Shown here piece after piece: positions 52,080-64,000 of a DNA stretch of 64,000 nt. The notes below the pieces were generated by a model that worked only from the letters and a program-made list of their open reading frames with translations, was not told where the DNA came from and made no database searches. The DNA is taken from contig NC_086381.1 of assembly GCF_036588685.1 (NCBI RefSeq), positions 3,596,001 to 3,660,000 of the forward strand, read 5' to 3'. Position numbers and translations under genes: made by a program. This DNA is from Mytilus trossulus (lineage: Eukaryota). The stretch's first letter is position 1, and every line of letters begins with the position of its first letter.

Positions 52080-54227
52080 TCATGTGGTAACAAACTCAGT
52101 ATGATCTAGAGGCAGTATGAACAATTAAAACAAAGAAATCCATTGCATATAACAATGTTTTGTGGAATTATACATTTTTTTATATACGTAATAAAAATTT
52201 GAAAGTCTATACTAAAGTTTTTTTTTAGTTCTAGCTGATTTGACTGAATACTTTTTCTTTAAAGGTAAATTAACATGCATGTTTGGTAGTGACATATCGG
52301 GAAAAGGTGCATTTTACGACTGATTTTTAGTTATTATTTAAACGTTTTTAACATGAAAACCTTTTTTCCTTGAACCTTTTTTTTTTTTAATGAAATTTGG
52401 TTGGATTACGTATGAAGAATATTTGTACCAATTTTCATGAAAATGTAATTGCATAAATTTATAGGCCATTTATATGAATTACAAATTATGTAGCAAATTA
52501 TGTAGCAAAAACAGCTTGTGTTTATTAATTTTTAAAATAAAGAAAAGTTATGTATTTCTGTCGAAAGGAAAAATACGTCCACAAATCCTAATTTTTGGTA
52601 AATATCTGAAATTTCGACCTCGTTTTACTCAAAAAGTAGCACGTGAATGTATATTTTTTATTAAATATTTGATTTAAGCAGGTAAAAAATAGCCTATATA
52701 GAAATGTTATTTAAAATTTAAATACGGGATCAAACTGTATTGATGCCCTTAAATCTGAAAGTACGGCACAGATACAGTTCTTAACCATTATAATGTATTC
52801 ATTCCTATCTTTAGACGTTTTGAATCAATAAGATGTGCCTACTTTTATCTATGCTGATATTCAGACAACATCTGTAAAGTGCAGGGCGCTTACAATGTCG
52901 ACACAGCCGCTATTTCCTTATAAGAAATATGCGATATTTCACATTTTGTTCATTTATATATGAAAAAAGAGATGCGGTATGATTGCACGTGATATAGATA
53001 TTAATTCATCAGAGTTAAAACTATGTGATTATACTATGTGATTATACTATGCAACTGTACGACTTTCAATGATGAGAAATCACAATAACGTTTAGTCGGC
53101 TATAAAAGGCTTCAACATGAAAAAAAATCATACCAGAATACTTTCGACACAACTTAAAGCAGAACGATTAACGAAAAAAACATATGCTAGACATAAACCC
53201 ACGACAACCCCTGAACTACAGGTAGACTTGGGACAGGAAAACAAAGAATATGACGGGCTTAGCCACGTTTGTGAGCGCACAACATTTATATAATTTCAGT
53301 CGGTTGATTTTATGAATTAGAATGAAATTATTTTCTTCTGAATTGTCTGCCCATATAGGTGGCGTTTAGGTTAAGTGGTTTGTATGATTTGGCGGTTAAA
53401 TCATTCGGCACGACAGGGTCTACTCGATAGGTCACGTTAATTTTTACATCCATGCTATTTGATATTTTGTATCATGCATTAAGATATCGATTGTTTACAA
53501 ATGTTTGTGTGTATTGAAATACTAATACATATATAGATATCTAGCGGGAAGGCTATAGTGCAGGCGATTTGGTTGTTATTAAACCAGCCCTCGGCTCTGT
53601 CGTGTGGTATTGCACTTTACTATTTTTTGTTATTTATTAGTATGATTATTATCAGTGGTTGTGGTATATGGGTGTTAACGGAAGAAGAAAGTTGATATAT
53701 TCCAATTTCATGATGCATGATGATTGAAGAACTATGTTGCCGATTGTTTATTTACATTTTTATTCGACACTTCACCGATTTCTTAATAGAGTTACTAGGT
53801 CAAAACATACGTCACCAATTATAATTATAATTTAATGTCTTTAGCATTTCTCTTCTAGTAAAAGTGACCCGCTGTTTTCTCGTTGAGAATTTATATACAT
53901 TTACCATCAAAATATACATTAAATGCTGTAATAGACATAATATATGTAAGATATGAACTCGTTTGCATTTATTTTTATAGGTTTGACCGGGTGTCACCGT
54001 TCTTTGATCTTTTAATTTGTTTTAATAAGTTGTTTATGAAAAGTACAAACTACTCAGATTTTTATATACCTCTGTAATAATCTTTTTGGTGTTATTACGT
54101 TGGAATCTTTTAGCACGATTTTACAATAAAGAAAAACATATATAAGAATTATTCTTTTGATCTCCCAAAGACTTGTTTATAAGCTCAAGAAGCTAAGTTG
54201 GCCGATATTTTTCACTTTTAACTGTAA

Positions 54228-55090
54228 AAAGTCTGAAACCTTGTCGATCCAAGGTCAGGAACCCTGTAGTTCAAAGTCAGGAACCTTGCCGTTCCCAAGT
54301 CAGAAACCCTGTCGTTCAAAGTCAGAAACCTTACCGTTCCCAAGTCAGAAACCCTGTCGTTCAAAGTCAGGAACCCTGTCGTTCAAAGTCAGGAACCTTG
54401 CCGTTCCAAAGTCAGATACCCTGTAGTTCCAAGTCAGAAACATTGCCGTTCCAAGTCAGAAACATTGCCGTTCCAAGTCCGAAACCTTTTCGATCCCAAG
54501 TCAGGAACCCTGTCGTTCAAAGTGAGGAACCTTGTCTGTCCTAAGTCAGGAACCCTGTCGTTCCAAGTCAGGAACCTTGCCGGTCCCAAGTCAGGAACCT
54601 TACCGTTCCATGTCAGAAATATTGCCTATCCCAAATCAGGAACTTTGTCTGTCTCAAGTCAGGAACATTGCCTGTCCAAAATCCGGATTATTGCATGTAC
54701 CAAGTCAGGAGCCTTGCCGTTCCAAGTCAGGAAAATTGCCGTTCCCAAGTCAGGAACCTTACCGTTCCAAGTCAGTAATCTTGCCTATCTCAAGTCAGGA
54801 ACTTTGCCTATCCCAAAGCAAGAACCTTGCCTGTTCCAAGTCAGGAACATTGCCTGTCCCAAATCCGGATAATTGCATGTACCAAGTCAGGACCATTGCC
54901 TTTCCGAAGTCAGGAACCTTGTCGTTCCTAGTTAGGAACCTTGCCATTCCAAGTCGGGAACCTTGCCAGTTCAAAGTCAGGAGCCTTACCGTTCCAAGTT
55001 CAGTAGAAACATTGCCGTTTCAAGTTAGTAATCTTGACTGTCCAAATCCGAAATCTTGCGTGTCCCAAGTCAGGAACTTTGCCGTTCCAT
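54228..55090. repeat. Minisatellite, ~21-22-bp unit GTTCCAAGTCAGGAACCTTGCC, about 40 copies
   Basis: Direct inspection of the tandem units; the unit has the internal dyad gttcc...ggaac. Confidence 0.95.
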
Positions 55091-57367
55091 ATGTTGAAAG
55101 GGGTATTGTTTGTTTTACTTCTTTATTTTTAGCTTTCTGTATGCGACTTAAATATTATATTGTTACATTAATAGATTGGGTCTGGAAGAATATTTAGTAT
55201 TTTGTAAAAACAATGTTTTCATGGGAAAATGTATCGAAATAGTTATGAATTAGATGAGAGATTCATTCAAAATAAATATGTCAAATGACTTAAAATGTTT
55301 GAATGAAACAATCTTAGAGTATAACTATCTGCACTTTCTCCCAGAGGGTAATAGCACATTATATTTAGATCACAATTTAAGTTATCTACTACTGCACATA
55401 ATTTCCCAGCACTTATTTTAATGTTGACACTTCAATAACCAATGAGAGTTAAGTAGGTAGTGGATAACCTTATAGTTCTACTTCATTTTATCAAAGAAAT
55501 ATACGACAATAATATTTTGAAGTCGTCTGGAACGTGACATTCCATCGTGTTGCTGAAATTAATGCCGCCTAAAAAGTCCATTCTTACTATTCTATAGAGT
55601 TTGTGCAAACATTTGTTTTGATTATTTTATATACTTCCAATATGATAATGGTCCATATGATAGGTAAGTTATCTATTTATTATTTATATCTTAATGTCCA
55701 GTGGCAAATACTTCATTCATATATTAGGATAAGTAAGTTATTAGTTTATTATTTATATCTTAATTTCCAGTATCAATTTTGTTTGCTTGATATTAAATAA
55801 ATAGTTATTATTTATATCTTAATGTTCAGTGGCCAATATTTCATTCATTTATAAAGATTAAATTAATTTTTTTTACTGTTTAATAAATATTATAGTAATA
55901 ATTTATATTTTCATGTCCGGTGGCAAATAGTTCGATTATGTATTTAAAAAATCGGATTAGATTAATTTTGTTTGATTAAATCATAAATAGTTGTTAATTG
56001 ATCCCTTCACACTGTCTTTCAATTTTATTTTTTGATATATTTTCCTTAAAATCTATATTTTCATTATTAATTATTGATCGTTATTATCATTTTAATGAAA
56101 AAATAAAGAAACATGTAAACTGCTTTACTATTTTATTCTATTTTGGAAAAAAAATGCCCCCAAAAAATAAAAAAAATGCGACAACTTGTTTTCTAACCCA
56201 TACTCTATTCTTTGATTTTGGTAGCAAGTTCGAGTTTTTTTCTTGGTAGGCCTAAATATTTACATTATTTCAAATGAAGGAAGAATCCAAAATATATTAA
56301 AGATACATAATTGTATGTTCTTTAACGAGACGTTCAGTGTCTCGTCACACAGTTGTTCAAAATAAGCTGGAGGAACATGTTTAACCACTTCAAATCTGAT
56401 GTGTATTTCCTTAGTCCTGAAATTTAGTGGTAATAGCAGGTTTCTGTCTGACCTATTTCTTTAATTGTTTTTTCGTTTTCCGTTTTTTGATCGTTTTAAT
56501 ATTATGTTTGTGATAATTTTATGATATTTTTTCTCATTGTTGATAGCCTTACAGTTGCCTATATTTGCGCACTGTTACATCATTTGGTCTCTAGTAAATA
56601 AACTCATTATAGATATCCGGACAAAATTTAGTATATATGCCAGACGCGCAATTCGTCTACAAAAGACTCATCAGTGACGCTCGAATTAAAAAAAAGTTAA
56701 AAAGGCCAAATAAAGTACGCAGTTGAAGAGCATAATAATAGTAATCATTCACTTAGTTTATTTCACATGCCTAAGTAAGTAACATTCATGAACAAAGTGT
56801 TCTGCATATTGAACGCTATCTGGCCAATGGTCTTTTTAATCTACAAAGTTGTTATATTACATTTTGTATTCCGATCTGGAATCTAAACTGACAGATTGAC
56901 TAGTGAAAACTTAACGCTAACCACGAACAGTGTCCTACGAAAGATAACTCTGTCTTTATTTAGCTTTTTAAAAACCAAATTGTAAGGGACGTACAGGTTA
57001 CAATACACCATTAGATTAACATGGTATTTAGAATAAAGAGTATGGCTAATCCTGATTGGTCGATATGTGCGCCCGTTATTTTCTATCATTAGAGACTTTA
57101 TGCACTCTGCTTTATACTAAAGGCAAAATAAAAATTATTCCGTAGCCCTAAAGGCACTTAGATGACTTTTCAACGATATAGGAACAAAATTATACGCTAA
57201 GAAAAGCAATGCGAACCTACATGTTTGGACCAACAAATACGGTCCCAATTACTTTTCTTTGATTCTAGCAAGATTTCTTTAAATTAATCAATTTTCTAAA
57301 GTCTGTATCTCCAAAAAGGCTACCATTGTCGCCCATGTGGAAATTAATTGTTTATTTCAATCTACAT

Positions 57368-57757
57368 GGTAACAAGAGTGCAATTATTCGTAATGCATTT
57401 ACCATATGGTACCACTGTTGTTTTCTCGACGACTACGCAAACTAGGGAAAACGGGTAGCAGTTCCGTTTACTAGAAATGCCAGTGTTGGATTCAACCAAA
57501 AAAAATATATATAGGGTGATGCGGCTCAAATTAACTTCAAATGCTGTTGGAAGATCTTCTATTTTTTCGCTTACTGAAAAGGGCATATCTTTAATTGCTC
57601 CGACGTGCAGAAATGGAAGATATTTTCTATTCTTCGTTAAATGTAAATATGATTTTCGGCAATTTTTACACCTAATTGGACAAGCTTTCGATGAAATGTA
57701 ATTCCAATCCTGTATCATCCAATCCGAAGCCGTATAGGAGCTATTCTGAGTACCATC
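57368..57757 (+). mobile_element. Truncated second copy of the 6964-7422 MITE
   Basis: Colinear with 6964-7367; right TIR missing, replaced by the satellite array. Confidence 0.85.
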
Positions 57758-57777
57758 GTAAAAAGTTTTGTAGAGAT

Positions 57778-60016
57778 CTGAACACATGATACGGGACGGA
57801 TGGACACGCGCGAGCACATACCTGTACACATGATACTGGACGAATGTACACACGATCGCACAGTTCTGAACACATGATACAAAATACAAAACAGATGGAC
57901 ACACGATCGCACAGACCTGAACACATTATAGTTGACGGATTGACACACGATCGAACAGACCTGTACACATGATACGGCACAGATTGACACACGCTCACAC
58001 AGACCTGAACACATTATACGAGACGGATGGACACACGGACGGACAGACCTGTACACATGATCCTGGACGGTTTGACACACGCTCGCACATACCTGAACAC
58101 ATTATACGGGACGGATTGACACACGATCGTACAGATAGGAACACATGATACGGGACAGATTGACACACGATCGTACAGACCTGTACACATGAAACTAGAC
58201 GGATGCACACACGCTCGCATAGACCTGTACACATGAAACTGGACGGATGGACACACGTTCGCTCAGACCTGAACACATGATTCTGGACGAATTGACACAC
58301 GCTCGCACAGACCTGTACACATGATAGGGGACGGATTGACACAAGCTCGCACAGACCTGTACACATTATACGAGAAGGATGGACACACGCTCGCACAGAC
58401 CTGAACACATTATACGGAACGAATGGACACATGATCATACAGACCTGTACACATGATTTAAGACGGATTGACACACGCTCGCACAAACCTGAACATATTA
58501 TACGGGACGGATGGACACACACTTGCACAAACCTAAACGCGTTATACGGGACGGATGGACACATCGACGATAGTACAAACCCGAACACAGGATACGGGAC
58601 GGATCGACGAACGCTCGCACAGACCTGTACACATGATACTGGACGGATGGACACACGCTCGTACAGACCTGAACACATGATACGGACGGATGGACACGCG
58701 CGAGCACATACCTGTACACATGATACTGGACGAATGTACACACGATCGCACAGTTCTGAACACATGATACAAAATACAAAACAGATGGACACACGATCGC
58801 ACAGACCTGAACACATTATAGTTGACGGATTGACACACGATCGAACAGACCTGTACACATGATACGGCACAGATTGACACACGCTCACACAGACCTGAAC
58901 ACATTATACGAGACGGATGGACACACGGACGGACAGACCTGTACAAATGATCCTGGACGGATTGACACACGATCGTACAGATAGGAACACATGATACGGG
59001 ACAGATTGACACACGATCGTACAGACCTGTACACATGAAACTAGACGGATGCACACACGCTCGCATAGACCTGTACACATGAAACTGGACGGATGGACAC
59101 ACGTTCGCTCAGACCTGAACACATGATTCTGGACGAATTGACACACGCTCGCACAGACCTGTACACATGATAGGGGACGGATTGACACCAGCTCGCACAG
59201 ACCTGTACACATTATACGAGAAGGATGGACACACGCTCGCACAGACCTGAACACATTATACGGAACGAATGGACACATGATCATACAGACCTGTACACAT
59301 GATTTAAGACGGATTGACACACGCTCGCACAAACCTGAACATATTATACGGGACGGATGGACACACACTTGCACAAACCTAAACGCGTTATACGGGACGG
59401 ATGGACACATAGACGATCGTACAAACCCGAACACAGGATACGGGACGGATCGACGAACGCTCGCACAGACCTGTACACATGATACTGGACGGATGGACAC
59501 ACGCTCGTACAGACCTGAACACATGATACGGACGGATGGACAAACGCACGCACAGACCTGTACTCATGATGTGGGACGAATTGACACTCGATCGTACAGA
59601 CCTGTATACATGATACTGGACAAATGGACACACGATCGCACAGACCTGTACACATGTTACGGTACGGATGGATACACGCACGCACAAACCTGAACACATT
59701 ATACTGGACGAATGCACACATGGACGCACAGACCTGTACACATGATACGAGACGGATGAACACACGCATGCACAGACTTGTACATATGATACTGGGCGAA
59801 TGGAAAAACACACGCACATACCTGAACACATTATACGGAACGGATGGACACACGCTCGCACAGACCCGATGACATGGTTTGGGACGGATAGACACACGAA
59901 CGCACAGACCGGAAGACATGATTCGGGACGGATGGACACACGAACGCACAGACCTGAACACATTATCTTAATACGAGACGGATGGGCACACGCACGCATA
60001 GACTCGAACACATGAC
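57778..60016. repeat. Minisatellite, ~44-bp unit ACACATGATACGGGACGGATGGACACACGCTCGCACAGACCTG(T/A), about 50 copies with higher-order duplication
   Basis: Tandem units; variant blocks recur at offsets of 890 and 846 bp. Confidence 0.95.
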
Positions 60017-60279
60017 AACCCTCTTCTATTGTGCCCAGTGGGCGGGACAAACACCATGAATGCATAATTTTTATTTTAATTTGAGCTAAAGGATACAGGA
60101 ATTTTACTCTCTATCAGTAATCGTTCCTTTGTTTTATAGACAGACTATATCTGCTATTTATCTGCTTCAATAAAGATTGTCTCTTTGCTTCTTATTATAT
60201 TTTGCTCTCAAAATTTAATTTCTATTATAATAATTTATTGACTCTATTTTTACAACTAGGTAACCGTAACCTTGAAATA

Positions 60280-61464
60280 ATGAAATACTTCCTCTGGTCA
60301 ACAACAGTGTGCAGTTTATTATGCTTCCATGCGCTCTCAACTTACAACAACTTCAACACATGTTGCAAAAACAAACTGGTTAGTCCCAGGTTCATGGATA
60401 TAAAGTCGATGTATTTTGGCGGACCAAATGAAAAGAACGGTGAAGGGGCGTTCCTGAATCGACGCATGCTTTCCATAAATGAAACGTATAAAATTCTTTG
60501 GTACAATTCACCGTCATATTTTCTGAAAAAGGCACATATAAGTTTACGAGCCTGTAGATTCAACAATTGCCAATTAACAACTGATTTAGGACAGATGTCG
60601 GTAGCAGATGCTGTTATATTCAGACATAATTATCTACCGAATATACTCCCTGTTAAACACACCGACCAGATATGGATATTACATGGACAGGAAACGCCAT
60701 TCTATATGAGAAAGAACTACTTAAAGAAGGCATGGTTAGGACAATTTAATTGGTCAATAACATACGGTCATACGTCGGATATCTCAATGCCATATGCTAG
60801 CATTGCCAAGGAAGTCATTAGAGCGAAGAAAAATTATTCAGATATTTATAGAAAGAAAACAAAGCAGGTAGCATGGATAGTTAGTCATTGTTTTGCCGTA
60901 TCCGGTAGAGATGAATATGTCCGAGAATTACGAAAGTATATTTCTGTCGACATTTATGGAAAATGTGGTAATTTGACTTGTTCTAGAGATGGCAATGAAT
61001 GCATGGATAACATTAGTAAAGAATATAAATTCTACCTTTCATTTGAAAACTCTTTATGCAAGGATTATGTTTCAGAAAAAGTGTTTGCACTTTACAATAA
61101 CAAGTACAGTATCATCCCAATAATCCGAGGTGCTCCGAATATTGACGAATACGTCCCACGGAAAACGTATATTAATGCATTTGACTTTGAGAATCCCGAG
61201 ATACTTGCAAACTATTTGTTACGCCTTGGTTCCGATGAACAAACATATTCGTCATATTTGCAGGAGAAAGATAAATTCAGACCTTATTATGCTAGTTACT
61301 ACAGAGCCATGTGCTCTCTATGTGAAAAATTGAATAAGTACAACAAATCAAAGGTACTTGAAAATTCATCATGGTTTACAATACGAAACAATTGTCTGGT
61401 ACCTCAGAATAGATCACAAATTGTTATAAAGGACAGGGCTCCAGATTACTGGTACTGGGATTAA
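60280..61464 (+). CDS. Alpha-1,3-fucosyltransferase (glycosyltransferase family 10), single coding exon
   Basis: N-terminal membrane anchor MKYFLWSTTVCSLLCFHAL; ADAVIF, FNWSITY..SDI..PY, AWIVSHC, VDIYGKCG and the alpha-1,3-FucT motif YKFYLSFENSLCKDYVSEK; likely acceptor ctag at 60259; the ORF track starts at 60202. Confidence 0.93.
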   Translation: MKYFLWSTTVCSLLCFHALSTYNNFNTCCKNKLVSPRFMDIKSMYFGGPNEKNGEGAFLNRRMLSINETYKILWYNSPSYFLKKAHISLRACRFNNCQLTTDLGQMSVADAVIFRHNYLPNILPVKHTDQIWILHGQETPFYMRKNYLKKAWLGQFNWSITYGHTSDISMPYASIAKEVIRAKKNYSDIYRKKTKQVAWIVSHCFAVSGRDEYVRELRKYISVDIYGKCGNLTCSRDGNECMDNISKEYKFYLSFENSLCKDYVSEKVFALYNNKYSIIPIIRGAPNIDEYVPRKTYINAFDFENPEILANYLLRLGSDEQTYSSYLQEKDKFRPYYASYYRAMCSLCEKLNKYNKSKVLENSSWFTIRNNCLVPQNRSQIVIKDRAPDYWYWD

Positions 61465-61694
61465 TCCAGATACACAAGTCAAATGAAGTAACTTAACGTT
61501 AATGGTGGTAGTACCATATATATAGATGGGTATTACATCCATGGTAGTTCTCTCTACTGTTGAGACATATATTAAACATGGCACCACTTATGATTTAAAT
61601 GAACGCATATACACTCAAGTTTAAGGAACTAATATAGAAATAATTACAATATACGAATCATTTTAAATTTAGAATACAATAGCTCGTTGAGACA

Positions 61695-61885
61695 AACCTC
61701 ATTGTGTTCTACGGAAATAGATAGTTTAGACCTCTCATGTACTAGTCGGTATTGTAGTACTATTATTTTCTACATAACTGATTGTGGGCTACGGAAATAG
61801 ACAGATTAGATCTCTCATATACCCGACAGTATTGTGGTATTGTGTTCCACAAGGCTGATTGAATGCTACGGAAATAGACAGTTGA
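61695..61885. repeat. Three degenerate ~80-bp tandem repeats
   Basis: ctacggaaataga.ag at about 61709, 61789 and 61866. Confidence 0.7.
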
Positions 61886-63049
61886 GGACGATCGTTTCGT
61901 ATACTTGTAATATCATTACAGTTTGTGTCGATTTTGAACGATAGGTGTTGTTTAGAGATCAATTAAGACACTAGTAATACTTATGCATGTGAAAAGAAAT
62001 AAGTGATTTCAGTGCAAATACCTTGTTTTAAGTGAGTTTGTAAGTTTAAAATAAACACTTTTAGAGGTTTACAGAATAAGGAATAAGAAATGTTAATCGC
62101 TTCAACCAATGCAAGGGCCGCAAATGGACAACATGAAACTAAAACGATCTAAATAATTTAAACACAGTCCATCGTTTCAAATTTCAAGTTTACATGCACT
62201 AACATTATTGTGTAATTGTAATATTCATGTAGAATATAATTGGATAAATAAATTATTACATTAGTAATGTTATATACATGTAATTGTAATACATACAAAG
62301 ACATATAGAGCTAAAAAGTAAAATCACACAAATACTGAACTCCGAAAAACATTCAAAACGACAAGTCCCAAACCAAATGCCAAAATCAAAAGCCCAAATC
62401 CATGAAACGAATGGATATTAACGGTTATATTCCTGACTTGGTATAGGCATTTTGTGATGTAGAAAATTGTTGGTCAAACCAGGTTTAATAGATAGATAAA
62501 CCTCTCTTATATGACAGTCGCATACAAATCCATTATATATACAACGGTGTGTGAATAAAACAAAAGACATAATAATGTAAAAATGTCAAAATAGGGGTAC
62601 AGCAGTCAACATGGTGTTATATTCTTAATCACTATAAAACAAACTCATATGTAACAAATACGCACAAAACGGCATATAGACAAAGCACATTGGCAAAAAT
62701 GAAAGACAATATTAAAAAAAAGAAATACGATGATAGTTGAATACCACAATAACTGGATGTAAAAGTACAGAGCCACATCATTTATAACAAAGAAACACAA
62801 AAAGGCAAGTCATTGCTAATCCTACCACATCTTTGTTATACATAGACAAAGCACATAAGAAAAAATTGAAGACAACAATACCACAAGAACGGGATGTATA
62901 AGTATAGAGCCACGTCAAATGAAGTAATATTCATGGAGACAAATATATGGATACAATAATACGTTAATAAGATAATAAACAACGTCAGTACCCAGAATCT
63001 ATACTTCAAGACCATTGTATATTAATTGAAACAAAATATTTATCAACAA

Positions 63050-63450
63050 GTTTTGGTACATGTATCTTCTGATGACGTTAATCAAACGACGTCCTTCGAC
63101 ATACCCCTGTTTAATTTACTTTATGCCCAGACACTGGTGATGTTTTACAAAGTCTGAGTTGGAGGTACAAGCTCTTCAATACCGAATAAGTTGGGAAATT
63201 TTTATCTTAAATGCAAATGTATATCTCAGGTGAAGTTGAAATCGTTTCGTTTGTCAAAGATTCTGATACTGAGATGACTGTGTATGTCAAATTTGAGATA
63301 TCATAAGTCAACAAATGAGGCGTAAGAAACATGTCTGTTGTTTTCCTAATTTCTAGTTCTAATGGAACCTGATCAGAAAAGTTTGAATTGTTAATGGAAA
63401 GAACATCATCCATATATCTGAATGTGAAATTAAAAGATCAGGCTTTTTCA
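63050..63450 (-). mobile_element. Decayed Penelope-like RT fragment
   Basis: Minus strand reads FTFRYMDDVLSINNSNFSD..PLELEIRKTTD; same family as 5425-5830. Confidence 0.7.
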
Positions 63451-64000
63451 TTTTCTTGTTTAAGACAAGTGTCTGAAGAAACGTCGATTCATATGAAAAC
63501 AAGAAGCGGTCGGTTATTGAATTCGAACAATCAAAACAACAAAATCAAAGTAAAAAGTGTCTTTTTTTTGTTGATAAGCAACACTTTGAACTACTGTATT
63601 TGTTGACGAACTTCATATTTTATAGCTGACTATTCGGTATGGGCTTTGCTCATTGTTGAAAGCCGTACGGTGACCTACAGTTTTTAGTTACTTTATCATT
63701 TTGGGCTCTTGTGGAGAGTTGTCTCATTGGCAATCATACCACATCTTTTTTATATTCATATATATATTACTCAAAATTTTCAAGTGTACTAAATTCAAAT
63801 TAACTTTGAATTCTAAGAACCTTTTATTTTCACTTCCCCAATAATAAGGACGTAACATTATAAGTATATTGACAAAACATGAAAAATCAGTGCAAGGACA
63901 ATTAAGGTGAATGTCACTGAAACAGAAACTTAACAAAAGAAAAAAAACCACTAAAACATATTATGTCTATACAAGATTTCGGACTCTATATACTAGTACA

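Noticed and set aside
52259-52752. Possible TTAA-flanked (Kolobok-like) element
   Set aside because: The ends ttaaaggt and gcccttaa share too little inverted similarity to call.
54157-55197. ORFs with KSGTL/SQEP repeats
   Set aside because: Products of the 21-22-bp minisatellite; the unit length varies and does not keep frame.
54228-60016. Possible CRISPR-like arrays
   Set aside because: Head-to-tail repeats with no unique spacers and no cas genes, in a eukaryotic context.
57362-60065. Many overlapping Cys/Val/Arg-rich ORFs up to 297 aa (keratin-associated- or metallothionein-looking)
   Set aside because: They are translations of the 44-bp satellite, open in several frames on both strands, with no gene structure.

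Overview
AT-rich, repeat-laden animal genomic DNA. The interspersed repeat families and gene types look like a bivalve mollusc, most likely a Mytilus-type mussel; this is inferred from recalled repeat motifs, not from a search. Contents from left to right: (1) a rhodopsin-family GPCR with an intronless coding region (minus strand). (2) A decayed 5.1-kb Ty3/Gypsy LTR retrotransposon (minus strand, 10101-15202) with LTRs, a tRNA-Leu PBS, a PPT and a -1 frameshift signal. Unusually, it has a ComEA-like helix-hairpin-helix domain at the Gag N-terminus and the C-terminal part of a TatD nuclease before the 3' LTR. (3) A tandem cluster of four two-exon genes (A-D, plus strand, 21.6-52.1 kb) for secreted proteins. 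They share a 55-nt signal-peptide exon, a compact 6-Cys module and a similar promoter, but each carries different low-complexity repeat blocks. (4) A 3.2-kb Transib-like element with 69-bp TIRs and a 5-bp TSD. (5) Two minisatellite arrays. (6) A GT10 alpha-1,3-fucosyltransferase with its coding region in one exon. Many SINE, MITE, LINE and Penelope fragments fill the gaps.
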